Assembly (NCBI RefSeq): GCF_006345805.1
Contig: NC_042998.1
Coordinates: forward strand, 29,450,001-29,514,000
From: Octopus sinensis
Lineage: Eukaryota
Direction: 5' to 3'
DNA: 64,000 nt
This document shows positions 53,181 through 64,000 of this stretch, in pieces. The notes below the pieces were generated by a model. The model did no database searches and was not told the DNA's origin. It saw only the letters and a program-made list of their open reading frames with translations. Each line of letters opens with the position of its first letter. The first letter of the stretch is position 1. A program made the position numbers and the translations under genes.

Positions 53181-53495
53181 TCCGAAAGGATGAAAGGCAA
53201 AATCGACCTCGGCGGAATTTGAACTCAGAACGTAATGGCAGACGAAATATTGCTACGCATTTCGCCCGGCGTGCGAAAGTTTCTGCCAGCTCGTCTGTTT
53301 CTTTATTACCCACAAGGGGTTAAACATGGAAGGGACAAACAAGGACAGACAAACGGATTAAGTCGATTATATCGACCCCAGTGCGTAAATGGTATTTAAT
53401 TTACCGACCCCGAAAGGATGAAAAGCAAAGTCGACCTCGGCGGAATTTGAACTCAGGACCCCGGCGTTCTAACGATCCTGCCAGCTCGTCGCCTT
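53181..53495 (-). mobile_element. Two partial SINE-A copies
   Basis: Match the SINE-A consensus. Confidence 0.8.
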
Positions 53496-54354
53496 AATGC
53501 TGATTTCTCTTTTACTATTTTACTTGTGTCAGTCATTTGACTGCGGCCATACTGGAGCACCACCTTTATAGAGGGGAAATATTAATAATTATTTCTACTC
53601 TCGGCACAAGGCCTTGAAAATTCTTAGGGAAACGGGATGAGTCGATATCATCGACCCCGGTGGTGACAACTTCGAAATTTTTTTCCATCTTATATGACTA
53701 GTCAGTAAAATATATTCTTTCCAGGACTTACTAGTTGCAACAAGGAATGACTCTAAAACTCCGTTCTGGATGTGAAAAAAAAAATAAACATTCACTGGTT
53801 AAGTATATTAAAATAATGACTTTTAGAATGCTTTCCGCATGGAAACATTTTTTTAATTACGAGTTACCTTATTTAATATAGTGAGCAAAAATGAAAAAAA
53901 ATATATAATCGAGTGTAAGAAAGAGTTAAAATTATACATGTCATAAAAAAAGAGCATCAATATCTGGATGTGATGACTTCGGCATGAATGCTTCGCTCTT
54001 ATCTCTGTGAAATCATTGCCACTTGAATGCACGCGAAATTTCAGTTGCCGAATACAGAAAACAATTTATAAACCAGCTCTAAGAATTACAATGTACAAAG
54101 GGATATTAAAAACTCAATGCTGTTATTAAAGTATTAGTACCTTAGGGCAACGATCAACCAATTAATATTCTCTCACCATTAAAAAAATGCCAAGACCTTC
54201 TAAACATAATTAATCGAAGCGTAAAATGAAACACGTTATAGTGTTCAGACGTTTTTTATTTTTGTTTTTTTTCTAAGTTCAATCATAGAAATACAGGTTC
54301 GCTTAAATGGCATTCACAAAAAGAAAATGTCATTATTGTTTATATGTATGGTTT

Positions 54355-55000
54355 TAGGCTGTGTGGTAAGTAGCCTGCTAACGAACCACATGGTTCCGGG
54401 TTCAGTCCCACTGCTTGGCATCTTCTACCATAGCCTAGGGTCCGACCAAAGCTTTGTGAGTGGATTTCGTAGACAGAAACTGAAAGAAGCCCATCGTATA
54501 TATGTGTATATATATGTGTATATATATATATTCAAAATGTGACCGCGTGTATACCGTTGGCGATTTTTTTCCCTCTGTCTTCCCTTCTCTGGATCTTTCC
54601 TTCTCCTATGTTTCCGACGAAGAGCTCCACTCGAAACATTAAACCCTCCTTCTTTCCTGAGCGTCCAATAATACTATATTTCTTCTACGTCCTCGCGTTG
54701 TTGTGTTTTCTCTTTGTCTTTTCATGTTTAGATTAACTATATATATATATATATATATGTGTGTGTATGTATGTATGTATGTATGTATGTATGTATGCGT
54801 GTGTATATGTTTCTGTGTCTGTGTTTGTTTCCCGCCACTATCGCTTGACAACCGATGCCTGTGTGTTTACGTCCCTGTAACCTAGCGGTTCGGCAAAAGT
54901 GATCGATAGGCTTACTAAGAATAAGTCCTGGGGTCGATTTATTCGACTAAAGGCGGTGTTCCAGCATAGCCGCAGTCAAATGACTGAAATAAGTAAAAGA
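54355..55000 (+). mobile_element. SINE-B split by an insertion in its internal (TA)n
   Basis: Head 54355-54500; second half resumes ~54805. Confidence 0.8.
54537..54740 (+). mobile_element. ~205-bp repeat with CCGACGA-type hammerhead-like motif
   Basis: GTTT CCGACGA A GAGC TCC ACTC GAAA CA TT AAAC at 54610-54644. Confidence 0.7.
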
Positions 55001-55179
55001 GTACAGCAAGTTATGGCATGGTACTCTTGATACAAGTACAGCCCGGTGAATTGCATCCCCAAACCTACGTAACTGTAAAACGAAATGCCGAACGACACAG
55101 CCACACTTTCATCTTTCTGAAGCGGAAATAGTTGCAAAGACGTCTTTATAATATGATGCATGAGGATGATTATGATGAT

Positions 55180-55990
55180 GATGGTATCAGTGGTGGTGGT
55201 GGTCGTCGTCGTCGTCGTCGTGATGAGGATGATGATCATGATGATCATGATCATGACGGTGATGATGATGATCATGATGGTGATGAGGATGATGGCAGAA
55301 ACGTTAGCACGCCGGGCGAAATGCTTAACGGTATTTCGTCTGTCGTTGCGTTCTGAGTTCAAATTCCGCCGAGGTCGACTTTGCCTTTCATCCTTTCGGG
55401 GTCGATAAATTAAGTACCAGTTACGCACTGGGGTCGATGTAATCGACTTAATCCGTTTGTCTGTCCTTGTTTGTCCCCTCTGTGTTTAGCCCCTTGTGGG
55501 CAATAAAGAAACAGATGGTATCAGTGGTGGTGGTGGTGGTGGTGGTCGTCGTCGTCGTCGTCGTCGTCGTGATGAGGATGATGATCATGATGATCATGAT
55601 CATGACGGTGATGATGATGATCATGATGGTGATGAGGATGATGGCAGAAACGTTAGCACGCCGGGCGAAATGCTTAACGGTATTTCGTCTGTCGTTGCGT
55701 TCTGAGTTCAAATTCCGCCGAGGTCGACTTTGCCTTTCATCCTTTCGGGGTCGATAAATTAAGTACCAGTTACGCACTGGGGTCGATGTAATCGACTTAA
55801 TCCGTTTGTCTGTCCTTGTTTGTCCCCTCTGTGTTTAGCCCCTTGTGGGCAATAAAGAAACAGATGGTATCAGTGGTGGTGGTGGTGGTGGTGGTGGTGG
55901 TCGTCGTCGTCGTCGTGATGAGGATGATGATCATGATGATCATGATCATGACGGTGATGATGATGATCATGACGATCACGATGATGATGA
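55180..55990 (+). repeat. Tandem duplication of trinucleotide tract plus SINE-A
   Basis: gatggtatcagtggtgg restarts at 55180, 55514 and 55863. Confidence 0.9.
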
Positions 55991-56366
55991 AGATGATGAT
56001 GAGGAGGAGGAGGAGGAAGAGGAGGAGGAGGAGGAGGAAGGGAATAAAAAGTACCTTTCCCGTTCTGATGGGAGGAAAATTATCAATTATCTTTATTTTG
56101 TTCTTCAACCCACACAAAGATGAATTCCTAACGGCCCACTCATAAATAGCAAAAAAGAACATCCATTTCAGAACATTTCTATAACATTCTTATAACTTCA
56201 GTTATATTACCACTTTATTTATTCTAGTCTTTCATAATTTTTGTATTTTCATTCTACATTTCCTAATCGATCACGTACCTTATTAGGATTATAATTAAAT
56301 TCATTTACGTTGAAGTAGCAGGCACCATGCACCTAACACAATCAGCTAATACAACCATCACTATTA

Positions 56367-56430
<64 letters not shown>

Positions 56431-56447
56431 TATTATTATTATTATTA

Positions 56448-57005
56448 TTGAGTGAGAGAGCAGTGCATGCCATCAAAGTGACACTGGGGTAAAATATACG
56501 AAGCCCAATATACCCATCATGACTACCCGTCTGATAAAGGTACACTAGGCACATGCATCACAACCATATGTGCGCGACATGGTGATCTCATATCAAGATA
56601 AACAGCACATGACCTTGCAGGTGGGGCCCAGTTAGAATTTTCTTCAGGTTGAGTAGCCCATCCCGCTCAAAAGGTCCCTGAATAAGGGTTGTTTAAGGAT
56701 GTTGAAGAACCACCCATGTTTCCAGAGGTGAATTATTCAACCCCAAAGAATCCCTCTCAACACATGGCTATGATGCTCCCCCACTACTTCTGCTCGTGAT
56801 CAGAGATGCACATATCGTCAGCCACTAAGGGACATGCTCAACTGGTTAAGGTCAAACAACTGACAAGCAAATCTGTGGTATTGAGCAGAATATTTGCTGT
56901 AGCCCATCTTTTATACCAAGACAAAACAATGTACATGATAACACTTCCAATCAGTTCAGATCAGAAGCCATGAGAGCCACTGCCTGGTACTGCATCAGGG
57001 CATTT
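56448..57005 (-). mobile_element. ~558-bp non-coding (TAA)n-flanked element, copy 1
   Basis: Same start (AAATGCCCTGATGCAG) and end (CACTGCTCTCT.ACTCAA) as 62768-63326; (ATT)n on both sides. Confidence 0.85.
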
Positions 57006-57012
57006 ATTATTA

Positions 57013-57070
<58 letters not shown>

Positions 57071-57072
<2 letters not shown>

Positions 57073-57922
57073 TATGTTTGACTTTTGCTTTATATGTGTA
57101 CAAGTTGGCTCCAAGTCTCACCCAGAGACCTCAAGAGACAACAGGGTTGGAAGTTCATGTTGTTGTTATGCCTAGTGTGCCATATATTTGGGGGGTGGGG
57201 ATGTTGTACTAATGAATGTCTAAAAAAAAAGCACTATCTTTTGAACTTCTGCCATTTTGGGGTTTCCTGGTATCTGAGTTAGGTAGCTATCAGCCCCTTT
57301 TGCTATCATTCCCAGGGCACCTATGACAACAGGTATTGTTTTAGTCTTCAGCTTCCACATTTTGCTGATTTCTATTTCAAGATCTTTATATTTGCTCAGC
57401 TTTTGGTAGGTCTTGACAGATACGTTTATATCGATTGGGACAGTCATATCAATGAGGAGGCATGTTCTTTGTTTGAAGTCTTTCAATATGATGTCTGGCC
57501 TATTTGCATCTATCTTCCTGTCAGTTTGAATGGTGAAGTTCCAGAGGAGTGAGATGTGGTCATTTTCAAGCACTGGGGGTGGTTTGCGTTCCCACCAGTT
57601 TTTTTCATGGGGCAAATCCAGGTTTTTACAGATTACCCAGTGAATATATTGTGCAGCTCTATCGTGCCTGTTGAGATACTCTGTAGGCGCTAGAAGACTG
57701 CACTTGGAGACCACATGGTCAATGGTTTCATTTTGTTGCTTGCATACACGACACGTTGGACTGCTTCTGATCTTTAATATGTTGGCCTGGTAGTTTCTTG
57801 TTGGTAGGCATTGATCTTGAGCTGCTATGATAAACCCCTCTGTTTCAGATTTTAAGCCAGAGGCCATTAGCCATTGATGGGTCAGGGCTTTGTCGATATC
57901 TGCATTATTCGCTCTCTTTGGG
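57071..57922 (-). mobile_element. 5'-truncated R4/Dong-type LINE (CCHC finger plus restriction-like endonuclease)
   Basis: ORF 57220-57867: CRVC...ETIDHVVSKC; RPDII...D...KLSKY; IPVVIGALG; both ends abut (TAA)n. Confidence 0.9.
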
Positions 57923-57949
57923 TTATTATTATTATTATTATTATTATTA

Positions 57950-57990
<41 letters not shown>

Positions 57991-57991
<1 letters not shown>

Positions 57992-58585
57992 GGCGACAAG
58001 TTAGCAGTGTCGTTAGCGCGCTGGACGAAATATTTAGTGGCATTTCAGCCGTCGCTATGTTTTGAGTTCAAATTCCACCGACGTCAACTTTGCGTTTTAT
58101 CCTTTCAGGTCGATAAATTAAGTACCAGTTGCGTACTGGGGTCAATCTAATTGACTAGTCCCCTCCCCCAAAAATTTCGGGCCGGGTGCCTAGAATAGAA
58201 ATGAATAAATAGGGCAGCGAGCTGGCATAAACGTTAGCACGCCGGGCAAAATGCATAGCGGTATTTTGTCTGCCGCTACGTTCTGAGTTCAAATTCCGCC
58301 GAGGTCGACTTCGCCTTTCATCCTTTCGGGTTCGATTAAATAAGTACCAGTTACGCACTGGGGTAAATGTAATCGACTTAATCCGTTAGTCCTTGTTTGT
58401 CCTCTCTGTGTTTAGCCCCTTGTGGGTAGTAAAGAAATAGGTACTTCGTCTGCCGTTAAGTTCTGAGTTCAAATTCAGCCGAGGCCGACTTTGCCTTTCA
58501 TCCTTTCGGGGTCGATAAATTAAGTACCAGTTGCATACTGGGGTTGATCTAATCCCCAAAATTTCGGACCTTTTGCCTAGAGTAG
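57991..58585 (+). mobile_element. SINE-A cluster (variant tail plus tandem units)
   Basis: Matches the SINE-A consensus; alternative tail ...cccaaaatttcgggcc..gtgcctag. Confidence 0.8.
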
Positions 58586-58640
58586 AAACGAGTATTTTGT
58601 GAGCTGAAATTCTTACAGGAGACTGCGAAAGCACGTCTAA

Positions 58641-58679
<39 letters not shown>

Positions 58680-58707
58680 AAGGAAGAGTTCGCCTTCTTC
58701 TATCATA

Positions 58708-58751
<44 letters not shown>

Positions 58752-59421
58752 GTGTGTGTGTGTGTGTGTGTGTGTGTATACACATATATATATAAACATA
58801 TATATATATATTAATACAAAAAATCCTCCAGGCTACATCTCGAAAATTCATTTCTTTGCCGAATTTCTACAATATTTACAGCGGTTCGTTTTTATATCTT
58901 CATTTTTTTATTTTTCATGCAATTTATGCATGCTTGCACGCGTGGTGAACACAGTTCGCGTCAAACAGCTGACTGAGTAAAGTTCGCTATTTAATGCATG
59001 AGATAAGGCCTAAACAAACACATTATCGATTTTTGCACTTGCGAGATGAATTTCGGAATAGAAATAGCGCAGTTCAATTTTCATTCGCCTAAACTTTAAG
59101 TGACCCATTTTTGGTGGTTCTACGATTTGTTGGCTAGAAGGTGATGTACCGGGAAGTTAAACACACAGAAACACACACAGATACACACACAGACACACAA
59201 GTTGAGTTTTATATTTATATATATATATAATTCTAATTGAGGGTACCGAAAGGGATCCCCATGCCAGAAATAGCCGTCAAAACTGACTCTAAAACCACCT
59301 CATACATTTATATAGCACAGGTGAAGAGATAAATGAACAGAAAAATTATCAAAAAATTAAAGGTTAATCCTAGATTGACGGTTTCTGGATTAGTAATAAA
59401 ATACTCTGCTCTCATCAGTGG

Positions 59422-59772
59422 AAATATGTGGCATCTTGGGCAAGTGTCTTCTACTATAGCCTCGGGCCGACCAATGCCTTGTGAGTGGATTTGGTAGACG
59501 GAAACTGAAAGAAGCCTGTCGTATATATGTATATGTATATATATGTATATGTGTGTTTGTGTGTCTGTGTTTGTCCCCCTAGCATTGCTTGACAACCGAT
59601 GCTGGTGTGTTTACGTCCCCGTCACTTAGCGGTTCGGCAAAAGAGACCGATAGCATAAGTACTGGGCTTACAAAGAATAAGTCCCGGGGTCGATTTGCTC
59701 GACTAAAGGCGGTGCTCCAGCATGGCCGCAGTCAAATGACTGAAACAAGTAAAAGAGTAAAAGAGTAAAAGA
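59422..59772 (+). mobile_element. SINE-B, head truncated
   Basis: Matches the SINE-B consensus; (gagtaaaa)n tail. Confidence 0.85.
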
Positions 59773-60295
59773 GTATGCATATGTGAGTGGTTTTGATAAT
59801 GCCTATTTAGGCTGATACAAATGGCTACAGTTTTCCTATCACCACAAAAATCGGTTTGTATCCTTGTTAATGCCATATTAATTCCGAGCATCGTTGATTG
59901 TCACAAAGTATTTCCATTTATTATTCAGAGTTCCGTTACAGTTGCTGCTAGCTGTTCGGTTGCAGATTTTTTTCGTAGATATATTAATTTCAGTAAATCA
60001 CCAATATGTCTTGTTTGGTATTAGCCACATCTGTATTTGTCTAAACTCCTGCCTCTGGCCATTCGGCTTCTTTGAGTTAAAACCTAAACCTTATCAATGA
60101 GAGTTACACAATCTCCGAAGATTTGATAATATAATCAGCTTATAAAGTTTTCCTTCTATGACCCTTATCTTGCATTGTTAATGAAACAAAGATGGCGGCG
60201 TAAATAAATGTTTTCTGAACAAACATTACTGTTTTGTGTTTCTTTTATAGATACATACATTCAAATTAACTCACACACAAAACCACACACACACG

Positions 60296-60328
<33 letters not shown>

Positions 60329-60344
60329 CCGAAGTCCATTGATT

Positions 60345-60559
60345 GTACTTTTCTTTTATTCTTTCATTTGTTTCAGTCATTTGGCTGCGGCCATGCTGGA
60401 GCACCTCCTTTAGTCGAGCAAGTCGATCCCAGGACTTATTCTTTGTAAGCCTAGTACTTATTCTTTCGGTTCCTTTTGCCGAACTGCTAGGTTATGGGGA
60501 CGTAAACACGCCAGCATCGGTTGTCAAGTGATAGTGGGGGGACAAACACCGACACACAA

Positions 60560-60598
<39 letters not shown>

Positions 60599-60768
60599 CA
60601 TATATACGACGGGCTTCTTTCAGTTTCCGCCTACCAAATCCACTCACAAGTCTTTGGTCGGCCTGAGGCTATAGTAGACGACACTTGCCGAAGGTGCCAA
60701 GCTGTGGGACTGAACCCGGAACCATGTGGTTGGGAAGCAAGCCATGTAACACACAGCCACTCCTACAT
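60345..60768 (-). mobile_element. SINE-B
   Basis: Matches the SINE-B consensus. Confidence 0.85.
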
Positions 60769-60880
60769 ACAGTTGAAAATAAACAACGACGCTGTTATTG
60801 CGACATTGCAATATAAAACTGAAATATATTTAAAATACATATAAGATGAAAGGTTAATCTCTTTATGAAAAGGATTTAAT

Positions 60881-60921
<41 letters not shown>

Positions 60922-60964
60922 AGTAGTAGTAGTAGTAGTAGTAATATAATTGTTCTTGCTGTTG

Positions 60965-61454
60965 TCTTCTTCTACTTCTTCCAATCAGGACTCACGCCAT
61001 TAGCCACAAAGAATAATCTCTAATTCGAGCCTTCTCTAAGCTACTAAGAATGCGTGTGGCAACTTGAAGATCCACCCACCACACGCGATAGACTGGCGGT
61101 TGCACGGACGCGAAAGCTACGTTGTTATCCTCATTCCGTAAACGGTGGCTTTTAACGGGTGGCGAGCTGAACCATCCTGGGGTACAGAGGATTCGCAATC
61201 TAGTCTAAGGTCTGAAAGTTTACCATAGTGGGTTACACCATGGTTCCTCTGCTTTGTGGCAGAAGTAGGAAGAAAGAGTGAGAGAAAGTTGTGGTGAAAG
61301 AGTACAGCGGGGTTCACCACCCTCCCCGCCGGGGCCTCGTGGAGCTTAGGTGTTTTTGCTCAATAAACACTAACACTGCCCGGTCTGGGAATCGAAACCG
61401 CGTTCTTACGACCGCAAGTCCGCTGCCCTAACCACTGCACCATTGCACCTACAC
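60965..61454 (-). mobile_element. SINE-C with a long tail type 3
   Basis: 9097-type head/body followed by a ~290-bp tail (...cagctcgccacccgttaaaagcc...gtggctaatggcgtgagtcctgattggaag). Confidence 0.7.
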
Positions 61455-62687
61455 CGTTGTTGTTGTTGTTGTTGTTAAGTAGCAAGACGGGTAAGGGTGA
61501 TTAGGTGATGGTCTAGGGCTTAGGGGCGGGAGACCCCAGACCTTGGGGAAAAAAAACTTTTGTCGTCTTGTTGTAGTCGAGGGCTTTTCGTTGACGCTCG
61601 ACCCCACTGGGAGGTGACCCTCGAAGTCACTGGAAATGGAGATCTCCAGGTCCAAATTCTTGAACGGCTGCTGTTGTTGTTTTTACTTGTGCCCTTGTCG
61701 TTGATGTTTCATCCCCTGCCAAACTTGATTGAGGAAGCAAGTTTCCAAACGCAATCGTTCTGCTTTTTAGGGTTATTTAGATCTACCACTGTTCTACTTA
61801 AAGCTAATTTTCTTTAAAGAGGGGAATTTGAAAGCTCCTTCTAACAAATCTATCAGCCATGTTGAGACTCCTTTGTTTCTTCCTGTTAGTGGAATTAACG
61901 ATGTAAATTACTTCTCCCAAACATGGTATGTAACATCCTTTTACAATGGCTCCAGGCTGCTCTTTTTGTCGCGGTTGTTCAACCCAAACTCGGCTCTAAT
62001 ATTGCAAGCGTATGATCAAGGACATTTCTCAGCCGTGGTTATTGTATCCCATTTTCCCCGATGTGAAGGCAACCCCGAACCACCTTATTATCTAACGAGT
62101 TCCTTTTCAAAGCTGGTGAGATGTGATTATGAATAAGATTTCGTTACTATTTCTGGAAGTTCGCTCCAATAAGTAGAGGCTTGGTCGCTGCAGATGTGTG
62201 TATGTATGCGTACACGTATGTGTTTATGTATGTGTGTATGTGTGTATGTGTGTATGTGTTGCTAGAAGACATTGACACTAATGATAATGTGAATAATGAC
62301 TGTGTCATAATGTTATTGATTATATTTCGAGTTGCTTTAAGTCATTCCTGATACGAATATCTCACCACATTTTTCAAACAGGAATATTATAATAGCATTC
62401 TGATACACTGCTGCAATATAGTTTACTCCAGGGAGACACTTTGCAGAAGTCCGGCCTGCTGGAAATAGCAGCTAAACAATCACTTTCCACTTACTACTTT
62501 CTTTACAAAGAAGAAATTTGAATGATGTAGGCCGGTGTGAGGAGAAAGAACAGACGGTTACGGATAAAGTGGCTTTCATCACAGGCCTGCTGAAGTGGTG
62601 TTGATATGGTGATAGACATCATCATCATTATCAATAACAACAACAACAACAACAATGATAATGATAATAATAATAATAATAATAATA

Positions 62688-62722
<35 letters not shown>

Positions 62723-62726
62723 AATG

Positions 62727-62767
<41 letters not shown>

Positions 62768-62770
<3 letters not shown>

Positions 62771-63325
62771 TGCCCTGATGCAGTGCCAGACAGTGGCTCT
62801 CATGGCTTCTGATCTTAACTGATTGAAAGTGTTATCATGTACATTGTTTTGTCTTGGTATAAAAGATGGGCTACAGCAAATATTCTGCTCAGTAACACAG
62901 ATTTGCTTGTCAGTTGTTTGACCTTAACCAGTCGAGCATGTCCCTTAGTGGCTGACGGTATGTGCATCTCTGATCACGAGCAGAAGTAGTGGGGGAGCAT
63001 CATAGCTATGTGTTGAGAGGGATTCTTTGGGGCTTGAATAATTTATCTCTGGAAACATGGGTGTTTCGTTCAACATCCATAAACAATCCTTATTCAGGGA
63101 CCTTTTGAGCGGGATGGGTTACTCGACCAGAAGAAAATTCTAACTGGGCCCCGCCTGCAAGGTCATGTGCTGTTTATCTTGATATGAGATCACCATATCG
63201 CGCACATATTGTTGTGATGTATGTGCCTAGTGTACCCTTATCAGACGGGTAGTCATGATGGGAACACTGGGCTTCATATATTTTAACCCAGTGTCACTTT
63301 GATGGCATGCACTGCTCTCTTACTC

Positions 63326-63326
<1 letters not shown>
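62768..63326 (+). mobile_element. ~558-bp non-coding (TAA)n-flanked element, copy 2
   Basis: Reverse complement of 56448-57005; (TAA)n on both sides. Confidence 0.85.
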
Positions 63327-63362
<36 letters not shown>

Positions 63363-63379
63363 TAATAATAATAATAATA

Positions 63380-64000
63380 AAATAGAAGTCACTGCAGCAC
63401 CAACGGCAGAAGAATTAGAAGAATTCTGGAGAGAAATATGGTCGGCGAACGAACAGCCAAAAAAAAGGAGTATGAAAATAACAAACTCGGCATCTGAACA
63501 ACTTTGGACCCCCATAACAACTGAAGAGGTCACCCAGGCACTGCAAAAACTAAGCAACTGGAAGGCACCTGGGCATGACAAGATCCCCAACTTCTGGTTG
63601 AAAATCTAACAGGAATGCACAAAAAGCTGGCTGAAAACTTTAACAGCATACTAGCAGAGCCAGAGACAATGCCTGAATGGCTCACGAAGGGGAAAACCAT
63701 CTTAATTCCCAAATCAAATGAAACAGCAAAACCAGAAAACTACAGACCAATAACCTGCCTCCCTACTATGTTCAAGGCATTTACTGCAGTGATATCGCAA
63801 AGGCTGAACAAGCACCTGGACGAAAACAAACTGTTCCCAGAAGAGCAGAAAGGATGCCGCAAGGGCTCATATGGCTGTAAAGATCAACTAATGATTAATA
63901 AAGCCGTAACTGAAGACAGCCACAGAAAGAAGAAAGGCCTCAGTATGGCCTGGATTGACTACAAAAAGGCGTTTGATAGCATCCCCCACACATGGATCCT
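63380..64000 (+). pseudogene. R4/Dong-type LINE reverse transcriptase N-terminal part (runs off the right edge of the window)
   Basis: EFWREIWS; NWKAPGHDKIPNFWLK; YRPITCLPT; EEQKGCRKGSYGCKDQL; AWIDYKKAFDSIPH; one frameshift near 63605; begins at (TAA)n. Confidence 0.9.

Noticed and set aside
55132-56162. D/E/H-rich ORFs resembling acidic or metal-binding proteins
   Set aside because: They consist of trinucleotide repeats fused to SINE-A sequence, with no splice or domain support.
62768-62860. HDV-like ribozyme at the 5' end of the 558-bp element
   Set aside because: I could not build P1, P1.1 and P2 consistently by hand; this is not excluded without a covariance search.
62768-63326. The 558-bp element as the 5' UTR of the adjacent LINE
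   Set aside because: It is separated from the LINE by (TAA)n, the LINE starts mid-ORF, and the other copy lies downstream of a LINE tail.

Overview
AT-rich eukaryotic, apparently intergenic or intronic DNA, most likely from an octopus. That inference rests on the dense (TA)n/(CA)n/(TACA)n/(TAA)n microsatellites and the tRNA-headed SINE families I recognise from Octopus genomes. I cannot support any host protein-coding exon, and nearly all ORFs in the supplied track are microsatellite or SINE read-throughs. The window contains four SINE families (here A-D), Tc1/mariner, hAT and Helitron non-autonomous elements, R4/Dong-type restriction-endonuclease LINEs in (TAA)n arrays, several Penelope-like element (PLE) pieces, and a 100-N gap at 49149-49248. 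Three observations stand out. (1) Minimal type-I hammerhead-like motifs recur, each with a palindromic stem III, and they repeatedly occur as divergent fold-back pairs in or beside TA-type microsatellites. The largest related fold-back is a 5.7-kb PLE hairpin at 36681-42380 with a possible U3-A8 compensatory core variant. (2) A ~558-bp non-coding element of fixed length shares (TAA)n sites and orientation with R4/Dong LINEs. (3) SINEs form headless tandem arrays with higher-order structure and swap tails between families. All folds and translations were done by eye and need computational confirmation.
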